Of a stretch of 64,000 nucleotides of DNA, positions 44,221 to 56,174 are shown in pieces. A program made the translations under genes and the position numbers. The notes beneath the pieces were generated by a model. It did not search any database. It worked only from the letters and a program-made list of their open reading frames with translations, and was not told where the DNA came from. The stretch covers positions 80,972,001 to 81,036,000 of the forward strand of contig OX597816.1 in assembly GCA_951406725.2 (NCBI GenBank), read 5' to 3'. Source of the stretch: Octopus vulgaris (lineage: Eukaryota). Positions within the stretch are counted from its first letter, which is position 1. The number at the start of each line of letters is the position of its first letter.

Positions 44221-45178
44221 TTCTATCATTTTATCTTTGATTCCTTGGAATTTACATTAAATAAATAAATGAATATAAAAAGAGAGAGAGAAAAACAAAT
44301 AATACTGAAATAATTATCTCATGGTTTCATCTCGATATTTTTCGCCCATGTCGTTCGAAATAGCAACACTTGGGAATGAATAACTAATATTGATTTTTGT
44401 TCAGAGCATCGTGGAGTAAGAGGTAAGCTTTTTTGATGTGTCAAGTTTGCAAAGCGGTTTCAATTTTCAGCTAGGAAGACATTTCATTTCACTTCCGTTA
44501 TCTAATGGGAGACATTAGATCGAGGACTGATAGTGTGATGTATTTCATTTGACATTTTATTTAGCCAAGCTGTTGTATCGTTTTCTTAACTTGACTAAAG
44601 ACTGACCACCTTTAGATATGACTGAATCAACTCCATTGCATGACTGGTGGCTCATTTATTGACCACTAAAAGATAAAATGCAAAATCAAGCCCTTGTCAG
44701 TCCCATTACGAAATCGGATATACACCACCATTAGAATTGAAATAGTATTTACTTATTTGAACTAAATGTAAAGCATAATGTTGAGTTATTTTAATAGCGA
44801 ATGCTGCTTTTATGTTGGGATCTTTTGTAGAATACCGTACAGTGTAGATTCAATTGGCTACCAACTGGCATGGATACTTAATTCATCCATCTAAAAGCGT
44901 ATGACAAGGAGGAGTTGAATCCGACTCGAAATATGGACGAGTTAAACTGTCTATTACAATGTATTCAATGCTGGCAATTCACAGCTTCTACGTTGACGCC
45001 TTACACGAAAAACTAATATTGACATTGTTATATATGAAACTATTTTCGCTTCAATCTTCTGGCAGCCATTTTTTTCAATACAAAGAAGAAAAACAATACA
45101 CAGAAGAAAATATAATTGTTATTGATTTCTCCAATCACTTGTCTTCTGACTTGTCACACTATATCGATTATAACTTTT

Positions 45179-45250
<72 letters not shown>

Positions 45251-45652
45251 TTTTGCACTAACTTGAATTTGCAGTTAAAAGAGAATGATCAGGCGTTAAA
45301 GGGACTGATTAATCTTTGCCATATCAACTCTTTGAAAGATTTACTTCTTGACAGAAGACACTTGACTGTAATATACTTGAGCTATGAACCCCAGCATATC
45401 AGGAAGGAGGTTGCGATTTCAATTCACAGTCGAATATAATAATTTCTTTTATTTGCGCCGTTGCTACACACAAGTAATATGATGAAAGTTAAGAGACTAT
45501 AGACGAAAGTAATCCTTAGAACACAAAGACAAAATAAATATTGCAGTTCTTTGAGTTCTGCACTGTTTGGTGTACACAATTCTCCACTGTCCTTAATAAA
45601 AAAAAACGTAGCAATTTTCCATTTCCAATCTACTCGTAATATACAGAGGTGG

Positions 45653-45789
45653 TCCGCCGAGGTCTACTTTGCCTTTCATCCTTTCAGGGTCGATTAAATA
45701 AGTACCAGTTACGCACTGGAGTCGATGTAATCGACTTAATCCCTTTGTCTGCCCTGTATGTTTATCTCCCTGTGGGCAATAAAGAAATA
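45653..45789 (+). mobile_element. 5'-truncated SINE family B (alternative tail) with 13-bp TSD
   Basis: TCCGCCGAGGTCTACTTTGCCTTTCATCC...CTGTGGGCAATAAAGAAATA; flanked by ATATACAGA(G/A)GTG at 45639 and 45791. Confidence 0.88.
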
Positions 45790-48063
45790 CATATACAGAA
45801 GTGATTGAAGTGTAACTGGCTGAGTTAACATGGTAGTGGATAACAAACCGAGACGTTAGTGGTTACTCCCAGTCATCGGCATATCTGGTGGGAAATAAAT
45901 ATCCCTAAAATTTGAATTATAACATTTAAAATTCAACATTTATAGCTCGTACAATTAGGACCTCATCTTTTCACAATTCAAAATTTTAGAGATTGTCCTA
46001 ATTTATTCATTAACATAGGTCTTGTGTTTTTTTTTTACTATATAGTTATGTATTTATGCACATTTTCTTGGGTTTTATGGTATTTTGGAAGAAAGATTTG
46101 TCTCGTAAATATTTATTCATGGAAACAAATCTAGGGCACCATTGTCCCAGCAGACAGATTAAAAATTGTAAGCAATTAGCGGTTGTTGATGACATCGGTA
46201 AAAGTAACATATAAAATTCCTTGCGGTATTTCGTTACATACTGAATAGAAATCCAAAATCAGGCATATTGTGGCAGATAAAAAGATGCAAAGGTTGATTT
46301 AATTGGATATTTTCTTCCACCCATTTTGTTTTAAATTTTGGTCATTTCTATACAGTTCTAAAAACTGGTTTTTTTTTTTATTAAATGTTGATGGCATTCA
46401 CGGTCCCGACAGCATAAAATAATTCATTGTGGTCATAAAAATATAGCTCTGTTTTACAGCTCCAGTTCAGCCCTTAATCTTGCTGTAAACAAAGGCGTTC
46501 CAGCCCAATTTGTTCCGTGTATAATGTATCTGGGACTACATTAATCATTGCGGTCTTATTTTTAATTTCCTTAATGTACGATATTGTCATATGAGATTTG
46601 GTTATTAAATCTATCAGCAAATATAGGCCTCATTATTGGGTCAATAGCAAAACTTATAGTATACTCAAGATTGCTTATTAGAAAAGAAAAGTTTAGAGTA
46701 TTACTTTCTAATATTGGTACAGGTCAGGAAGTTTTAGAGAGTCTGCAGTCAATCAAATTGACATTATAGTACTCGACGTTAGCATTATTTCATCGACCAC
46801 CCACTCCCAGAGAGATAGTCGGAAGGACAAGTCACCCTCAGTGGGATTTGAACATGGAGAGCCTTGAATGATTAATGATTCTTCCCCTATGGATTTCGCA
46901 AAATGATTAACACTTATCGACATCACAGGAAGTGACAAAATGTGAAATCCACGAGTATTTTCATTCACAAAGTACAGCCTCAAAACAATAAAGTTTTACT
47001 CAATTTTGATAGCTACTTCTCGCCGATTGAGCAACCAAACAGACGTACCCTTGTTTGTTCATTTAGGTTATTTGTGACATTCATCACTGTACTTAAAGAG
47101 TTTCAGTATTTAGGACTTAAAAATTAAAAGTTGAATGTTGAAACGTTATTTTGTATTTTGTTAGATCAATCAACTTGCGAAGTAACAAATCAGCAGAATT
47201 AAGGAGTTGAGTTTTTTTTTTCTATTAATGTGCCAGTCTTTCGATAATGATGAAGAATTAAATGCTTTGATGTTCAATCTGATGCAAAGCGAAGGGGGGA
47301 TTGCTACTGACTAGTAGTGTGCGCGTAGTGGTTGGGATGGGGGTAATTAAATAATATCAATTATAAATTACTATTTATAATGAGCCTGCAGAGTTAAATT
47401 CAATAAAAAAGAAACTACTTTTAATAGTATCGGCTAATTCAGAGATGGGAAAAAACTATTTTTGCCTCAGTACATTATATATCGGTTGCGCTTTTCATAT
47501 CTTTTTCTTTCTTTCTTTTTATATTTTGCAAATAAAAGTCCGCAAATTAAGTATAATAATTAGTAGTGATTGTATTGCTATTGTTGTTGCAGAAATTGTG
47601 CCCTAAAACCAGAGAGAACATTCTGCTTTCTATAATAGTATAAAATTCTACTATAATTTGAGAAATCACATGATATAGTTTTGAAACTAATTCCATCTAT
47701 TTATGTTTTCCATTTACATTTTTTCTGTATATACGCTAATATAATTTTATATTATGTTGTTTATATAGCTTTATTTCCGTTTTGTATATTTACTTGTTTA
47801 TCTCGCTTAATATTTCCCATCAGTTCGCATTAACGACCCTATTAAGAGCTGATTGATTAGCTGTTAATAGGATTGTTAAAATAAGCAACAGACCGGTACA
47901 GGGGCCGACTTAATCAAACGTTCTTTCATATTTGAGACCTTGTGCCAATGTTAGAAATCAATATTATTTAGAGAGATCAAGAATGGGGAGTTGAACAAAA
48001 AATGGATAGTGTACCTTACTCTATTTTCAGCTTGGTAGAAGCAGCAGCAGCAGCAGCAGTAGC

Positions 48064-48102
<39 letters not shown>

Positions 48103-49119
48103 TGCTGTTGTTATTGTTGCACGAAATGCAAGATGACTACATGTTGCTACATCAAGTACCTAACTTTCAAAAGTATCAGCAACACAAGTGACGTAACGAA
48201 AACCCACCTTGGCCTACTCCTAGTACATCCTATCAAACTGGAGTATGCCTGCATACACTCCCTTTATTCTACCGTTTCTACCCTTTATTCATACCTTTCT
48301 ACCTCTCCACCGTTTAATTTTACTAACTGTACCCATATCAAGGCAACCTAATAATAGCAAACCCTGCGGGACTCGTGTAACATTTACCATGTAACATCAC
48401 TCATACGAGAGATAGTAACAGAGTCCGAAAAAAATAGTATTCATCTTAGCAAGTATTATTTAGCAGTATTGAAATATTCAGGGAGAGAGCTCCCTCTTAT
48501 ATCAGAACGATTATATTCACGTTCCTCCACAGCACGCAAACTTATGTACCAGTTCTGAGTAGTGAATTGATGGAACATTGTTAGAGCGTCGAGTGGAATT
48601 CATTGCAGTTGCAGTTTCGACTCTTTACATTTTGGAGGCAAGGCATATGATGAGATTGGTGGCAAGCCTTTCCTTTGGGCCATATCAGTGGCGTGAATAG
48701 TAGTGAAAACATATTTATTACATGCATTGACAGCTGCTGCTTTTCCATAAACATTTCCACAAACTGCTCCTAAAAGAAGAACATTTCTGTTGCAGATAAA
48801 TGGTCTCACTATCCATAAAGTGGCACTGGAGTCACTAATAACGTCAGTGTAAGTGAGAATAACCAGATGGTGATGTGAGTGGGAAAGCTCGTGTAAACAA
48901 ATATGATATGAATATATGGATGTCCAATTAATCATCATTTTTATACTAATATTAAATTGATCACTCTTATGATATATTAATGAGACGACGTCAAGCAATG
49001 TAAAATAATTAATTTTGCTTAGGGGTAATGCTTCAGTTGTTGTTACAATGTGTCAATTCCAGTCAATACGAGTGTGTGCTTCTCTTTCCAAGCCTCTGTA
49101 TGTGTATGTAATGTACATG

Positions 49120-49226
<107 letters not shown>

Positions 49227-49312
49227 GTAATTGGTAAAGAGAACAACAAACGTTAAGGCAAGGCAAACTTCTCAAGTCATATACATTATTATTATTGGAA
49301 AAAAGATTCAAA

Positions 49313-49368
49313 GTCTTACAGGTGTTTCTGGGATATCCCAGAGTATAAGATATTCCGTCTTCGGAGAC
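49313..49368 (-). ncRNA. Mutated hammerhead copy on the opposite strand
   Basis: GTCT CCGAAGA ... GAAA CACCTG TA AGAC: core U4>C and a broken stem III palindrome, so probably inactive. Confidence 0.6.
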
Positions 49369-49681
49369 AAATACGGAAAATGAGAAGGGTAGAGATTAGT
49401 GAAATGACGACATAGAGGACAGGAGTAAAGGAATAAGATGAAGAAAGAGAAGAAAAAAAGAAGCATGTTATATGTATATATTATACTATCAGGACTTCAA
49501 CCTACATGATTTACGCAGGATTGCATCTAAGGACTTGGGGACTTATTTCTACAAGATCAGAAAGCTGAACTGTGAACTTTTAAGCTTCTTTTTCCTTCTC
49601 TTTCTTCATCTCTTTATTCCTTTACTTCTGTCTTCTATGTCTTCATTTCATTAATCTATACCCATCTTATTTTCCCTATTT

Positions 49682-49737
49682 GTCTCTGATGACGGAATAT
49701 CCCATACTCTGGGATATCCCAGAAACAGCTGTAAGAC
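49682..49737 (+). ncRNA. Minimal type I hammerhead ribozyme motif (palindromic stem III)
   Basis: GTCT [CTGATGA] cGGaATATCCCA-tactc-TGGGATATcCCa [GAAA] CAGCTG [TA] AGAC: stem I GTCT/AGAC, intact core boxes, stem II hairpin, palindromic stem III, GUA cleavage triplet. Caveat: the stem II basal pair is C.A rather than the usual G-C. Confidence 0.75.
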
Positions 49738-49951
49738 TTTGAATCTTTTTTTCCAATAATAAAAACGTATATGACTTGACATGTTTGCCTTGCACATCTA
49801 GGTAGCACAGCGGAATAGGGGCCACCTTAGACTCTGAGGCCAAAACAAATCTAGGTCAACAATAGAAGGGAGTTACAGGAAGCTAGCTGGTTGCTATAGC
49901 AACACCCGTCTGGGCATTCCACTCCACACACGCTCACATATACGAACATCG

Positions 49952-50160
49952 GCAACATTCGTCATTTTCTTGAAAACGTGGTCATGACCCCATAATACTG
50001 AATACAAGATAAGGCTACATTAATTCACATATTTGTTTCCTTGTAATTTACCTTGCATTTAATTCGCATAGTTTTGGCCTTCCCCACGATCCTTTATACA
50101 ATAAACATATATATATATATATATATATGACCCCATTTTCAAGAAATTGACGAATGTTGC
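49952..50160. repeat. 34-bp inverted repeat with (TA)n in the spacer
   Basis: GCAACATTCGTCATTTTCTTGAAAACGTGGTCAT (49952-49985) vs ATGACCCCATTTTCAAGAAATTGACGAATGTTGC (50127-50160), 3 mismatches. Confidence 0.8.
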
Positions 50161-50431
50161 TCGTGTGTGTGCATGAGTATGTATACAGGAAATTCTCTAA
50201 CCCTAATGTATGGTAAGTGTTATTGGTTAACGTAGAAAATCTGTTAAATGGAACGCAACTTATAAGCTAGTTTTTATAAAGCCTAAAATACTAGCTTTTT
50301 CTGCACAATATAAAATTTTTAAGTTGCAATAAAGAACAATGAAATTTTACTTAGCTTTTATTACAGTGTAATTGATAGTAGGTATGTATATTTGTATGCA
50401 AATGCACATATATACATAACACATATATCGA

Positions 50432-50466
<35 letters not shown>

Positions 50467-52054
50467 TGAGTGAGATAATTGATCCATATCTCGGTATATT
50501 ATATATGCTTTTTTAAAATATTACTTTGTTCGGTATCAAAATTTCATCGAAAAACAGCCTTGTCTTTGTTGAATAGGATTTCGATCAATTGTTCTTTTGT
50601 CCGATTTTTTCTTCTACTAATGTCGCCTTCTTTCGGCCAATGCGTTTTCAACAATTGTCTTTTCAAAAATTGTTCCTGGATTCGCATGTGTGTGCGTGCG
50701 TGAGGGAGATGGAAAGAGGGAGAGAGGGGGAGACAGAAACACAGATATTAGTGATTTCATAACCAGATACTTTCTACTGGTAATCATTTGAGCCACTGAA
50801 AACTGTCACAGGGTCGATGTGTACATGTATGTTTCATTGTGTACATGCATGTTTCATTGTTTGGACATTTTTTGGACAAGGAAACAACCACTTCTGTAGT
50901 TTCATTGAAGTGTAAGCAGGAGAAGACTCGATTTAGAAGTCGTTCGCGTGGTAATATTCTCTGTTGAAATACTGTCGATGTTAAAGAGTTGTGGTTTTAT
51001 CAGCACATGGGAGAACAACCCCTGTACACATATAGAAACACGTATACACAAATACACACAGACTCCGCTAATTGGGTATTCTTGCGACCAGGATAGTCCT
51101 GGATAATTGAATATAACTCAACCTTAAAAACAAGATCACGTTTTTAGGCATTACATTAAATATATAATTCTATTTTGTTACAACCTCAATATCTACCGAT
51201 TTATTTTATCTGGTCGAATTAAGTTTGCGGATCCATGCCTACTGAATTTCTAAACCATACAACTATAAGCACATAATTTTCCGTGATACCAATAACTTTG
51301 TATAACTGCTTAACCGCAAGATATTTTCATTTATTGTTGGCTCTGAAATTAGCATATGCTCGAATAATTAAACCACTAAAATTACAGAAATTTTCAATTT
51401 CTAAATGTTTGCTTCCCATTAACGGCTTTACCTGTCTCCGAGTAAGCTCTAAATGGCAGTAAATTGTCCTTTTGTTTCCTAAAATTACAACAAACGTGGT
51501 CTAAGATATATTCACAAAGTAACTGAACAGCGTTATTATTTTCACTTCTTTTCAAACATTATTTCACCTTCAAGCAGTATTGCATGCTATCTTTTCTCAC
51601 TGTTCACAAATTAGTTACTTTTATAAATAATGAAAACATTTTCACTAATGGTTTGACAGCATATATGAAGACACAGCACACTTAGATAGCACCCCACACC
51701 TTTAATGTAAACAAAAAAAAAAACATTGATATCGGCGACCAATGATGATGGTTAAAGAGAAGAGGAAAAAATATATATTCTCGCGTGATATACATGGCAT
51801 TTCCTAAAACATTTTGAACCTTTATTGCTGAAAAAAGTGTCTACAAATTCTTGCCAATTTCCAAGTCAAAAAAATATGATTCAAGAATACAAGCGTTGAA
51901 AATACTTGGCAGAAGACTTGTCTCATAAATCTACAGACCATGTCCAGGAATCTATATGCGCTCATGATATACAAGGCATTTTCTAGAACTTTTTCAGCCT
52001 TGGAATAAACGCAAGTCTGCATATATTTACAAATAGATACTATTTTTTCATAAA

Positions 52055-52249
52055 TATATATATACACAAACATATATATATATACGCAAACATATATATA
52101 TATATACAAACATATATATATATATACAAACATATATATATACAAACATATATATATATATATATATATACAAACATATATATATATATACAAACATATA
52201 TATATATATATATACAAACATATATATATATATATATATACAAACATAT

Positions 52250-52312
<63 letters not shown>
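52055..52312. repeat. CAAACA(TA)n minisatellite followed by (GATA)n
   Basis: About 9 units of CAAACA plus a variable TA run, then a GATA run. Confidence 0.92.
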
Positions 52313-52547
52313 TTTGAAATTTATAGAAAATCAAAAGACGAAGACAAGACAGGTCTATGGACAACAAACAAGTGTAATAGTTTGACGCTCGGGAAAATGA
52401 AAAAGTCTCTTACGTTTGGAGCCTACGCTCTTCAACAGAACAGAGTAAGAGAAAATAAACATGGATTCATATTTTTACTCAAATTCATACTATTATATAT
52501 TTGCATATATATATACATACATTTATATATTTAGTTTATACATATAA

Positions 52548-52592
<45 letters not shown>

Positions 52593-53336
52593 CATGTGTG
52601 CGCGTGTGTGTGTGTATTTTCGTTTTACAAGTGTGAGCAAATGTGTTTTGAAGAAGAACTTTTGAGTGAAAAGTGAAATGTTGTCAAATACCTTAATAGC
52701 TCTTCAATATATTATATATTTCGCACCATTACCATCCATTAAACTATTGAAATCAGGTACTTACCTAAAAGTAAAAAACAAAGAAACATAATTAATGACA
52801 TTTCTAATTCAAAACCTAAATTAAAACATATATTCATATTTTTCCTGAAACAGACTTAAGTAGATTGTAGTTAAGTTCCTTACAATTGCTTTCGGCTTTG
52901 TCTTGGTGGATTTCTTTTATTTTTATATATAATTATCAAACTACTTTAGAACACCGAGTAGAAATATTAAATTCACTTAGAATTTACCATGCGGCATAGG
53001 TTCGATTCCTTCATGTTCCATTAATATTCTTCTATTTCTTATAACAATTTTTCGACTGTAATCCATTCCACAGGGAACGAATATGTTAGGGAAATGATGA
53101 GTGGTACATAATGTCAAAATCATTTGTTTATTTGGTTATATTTCTTTAAGTTGATGGCTCAAGTACTATCGAGATCGAATTTTAACTTTTATCTGTACGT
53201 CATCAATAATGTAAATAGCACTAAAAGTGGTGGGAGATCAATTAAATCTATTATATCCCTTAGAAATCAATAATATTTTGTGGTAACCCAACGACGTATT
53301 CCCATATCCTTTACTTAAATCCATGTCAGAATATTG

Positions 53337-53547
53337 GTTTCAAATTTTGGCTCAAGGTTAGCAATTTCAGGAGAGGGGCTAAGTCGATTACATCGACAAT
53401 AGGGTTCAACTGGTACTTATTTTATCGACCCAAACCGATGAACTGCAAAGTCGACCTCACGGAATTTGAACTTAGAACGTAGAGGCGGACGAAATGCCGC
53501 TAAGAATTTTGTCCGACTTGCTAACGATTCTGCAAGCTCGCCGCCTT
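53337..53547 (-). mobile_element. Full-length SINE family B with ~17-bp degenerate TSD
   Basis: Collinear with 32572-32784; flanks TCCATGTCAGAATATTG (53320) / TCCGTGCCAGAACATTG (53548). Confidence 0.9.
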
Positions 53548-54074
53548 TCCGTGCCAGAACATTGTTGGTATAATTATTTGATGCCTATAACGAGGAAAAA
53601 GTCTAAAACAGATCCGTCAATATTTTGAACTCAGGATTTTCAAACAAAACTTATGTAGTCGTAGAGACATGCTGCGTGAAATACTAAACTTCGGTGATGA
53701 CCCAACGTGCAATTATAGGCAAATACATTTTCACTCAAACTGAATATCAGTAGGTTTTGAGCCATAACATCTGTAGTTGATTAGATAAAAGTGAATGTGT
53801 ATTTAATGATGTTCTTTCTTTTTGTTTCACTATTGAAGACTTTGTATTTACGCACATATGCAACTAAATATATTCTAGTATTAGTTCCTCTTTTACTTAT
53901 TAACTGTGGCTAATTAGAAAGGATTTTAAAATATCATTAACTGAAGACTAGACTGAAGGTCAACGCTTTCTTTTCTCTTTTTTTTTCTCTCTTCACCTTT
54001 TTAGAAATAGTTGTTATTAACTCAAAAGAGTACCGGAAGTATTTAATTATATTAGGATATTTATATGTATTCTG

Positions 54075-54253
54075 TTATTTGTTTCAGTCATTTGACTGCG
54101 GCCATGCTGGAGTACCACCTTTAGTTGAATAAATCAACACCAGGACTTATTCTTTGCAAGCCTCGTATTTATTCTATTGGTCTCTTTTGCCGAAGTGCTA
54201 AATTATGGGGACATAAACACACCAGCATTGGTTGTCAAGCGATGTTGCGGGGG

Positions 54254-54346
<93 letters not shown>

Positions 54347-54538
54347 CATACATACATACATACATACATACATACGACGGGCTTCTTTCAGTTTCCGTCT
54401 ACTAAATCCACTCACAAGGATTTGGTCGGCCCGAGACTATAGTACAAAACACTTGCCGAAGGTGCCACGCAGCGGGACTGAACTCGGAACTATAGGGTTG
54501 GTAAACAAACTACTTACCACACAGCCACTCCTGCGCCT
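54075..54538 (-). mobile_element. Full-length SINE family A with ~28-bp flanking direct repeat
   Basis: Collinear with 3606-4014; head AGGCGCAGGAGTGGCTGTGTGGTAAG. Confidence 0.92.
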
Positions 54539-55972
54539 ATATTAATTATATTAAGATACTTATAATGTATACCATCCTATTTATTTAGACGTAAATGTAC
54601 TAACAGCCTAGGATAAATGAACTGCTTTCAGCCATAGATGAAAAATGCATCTGAGGCGCAGCATGCATAACGCATAAAATTTCGTTTTGTCCTGCCCTTC
54701 TTATCAAAAGATTTAATTTCATTTTATATATTGTTAACACCAACTTCCCAAATAATGTTATTCCATCAATAATACTCCACACTAATCCAATAGTCATGAG
54801 GGAATCATCTGAAAATTTCAATTATATATGCATACAAAGCTCGTACATCTGCTAGCGATATTCATGTGTAAATTTGAACACAACACTGCAAAGGAGCGAA
54901 ACGGTCCTTAATTGTAAAGAAATCAATCTCATTGTAATGAGTTACTGTTGTTGTTGTTGCTGCTTAACCTCAACTGACGTGTCATCAAACGTAATCCAGC
55001 CATGGCCATCCTACCTTTAATTCAGACATATAATATATTCCACTTCTAATCTTTGATAATGTTTTACTAGTAGAACGAGGTATCACGAAGAATGAGATCT
55101 TTCATTGTCAGTAATATACATTGGTATATGTTTACAACCAAGTAAACTGGGCTGTTTGTGAGTTAAGAGACTGCAAACAGAATGTTGTTTTATCTGCGCC
55201 CATGAATACTAAGAAGAATATTTATGAATACTTTCAGTCTATATCAAAATTGTACACAATAGAGGGACAGAAAATATAGAACTAGTTCAATATTGATATA
55301 TTTAAATACTAACTTAACATATATTTATAATTATTGATTAAATGGTATTTACTGGTATTAATAAAGGAAAATTGAGATAAAAGAATATGTTAAAATTATA
55401 TATTAAATATTAACAATTTTAGTGTAAGCATATTTTTTTTAATAATTATTATACCAGCATAGTTTTGTATAAGCTGGGTATGAAATTCATACTTAGAGTA
55501 ATTGTGTAAATAAATAAATAAGAGCTAGTTTTAAAAATAAAACAAAATAAAATAGATAATCATTGGTAGAACATTATAGAAAAGAGGTAAAATGGTTTAT
55601 ATACCAAAACTATGGTAAGGTATATTTAGCTTATTAACATCAATAGGGAAGATGTTTTTAGAAAAAATTTAACAATTCAAAATGTTAGACTAAAAATTAT
55701 GTTTACTTGTCAGGATAATATCCATAAAAGACTGATGTTTAATGTCACCTAAAGAAATAATTAAGTTATGGAACAAAATTTTTATTATCGACTAATCTTT
55801 TTATAAAATTAAGGGTTATATTATAGGCTTAAGAAGTTGTTATTATTACACCCTACATGATATTTATATTTTCTAATTGATACTTATTTAGAAATGTTAT
55901 TTATATAAAGTTCTTTATACATACTAAGATCAGGAGGGTGGAGCTATTTGAGAAAAAGAGAAATCCTTGTTG

Positions 55973-56174
55973 CTGGGCGAAATTCGTAGCCGTATTTCGT
56001 ATGTCGTTACGTTCAGAGTTCAAATTCCGCCGAGGTCGACTCTGCCTTTCATCCTTTCGGGGACGATAAATTAAGTACCAGTTACGCACTGGGGTCGATG
56101 TAATCGACTTAATCCCTTTGTCTGTCCTTGTTTGTCCCCTCTGTGTTTAGCCCCTTGTGGGTAGTAAAGAAATA
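55973..56174 (+). mobile_element. SINE family B (alternative tail), slightly 5'-truncated
   Basis: GGGCGAAAT...GAGTTCAAATTCCGCCGAGGTCGAC...CCCCTTGTGGGTAGTAAAGAAATA; same tail as 45653. Confidence 0.9.

Larger units (their letters stand above)
49258..49793. mobile_element. Inverted pair of ~205-bp Penelope-like terminal repeats (pLTR-type structure)
   Basis: Arms 49258-49464 and 49584-49793 are reverse complements with scattered mismatches, and each carries a hammerhead motif. Inverted pLTRs with minimal hammerheads are an established feature of PLEs; no RT is present here, so the PLE assignment is inference. Confidence 0.7.

Noticed and set aside
48362-48435. GGACTC...GAGTCC-GAAA stem resembling hammerhead stem II
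   Set aside because: No CUGANGA box, stem III or stem I.
51822-52050. Non-repetitive tail of the 181-aa minus-strand ORF
   Set aside because: The ORF length comes from microsatellite; the remaining ~75 codons have no recognisable features.
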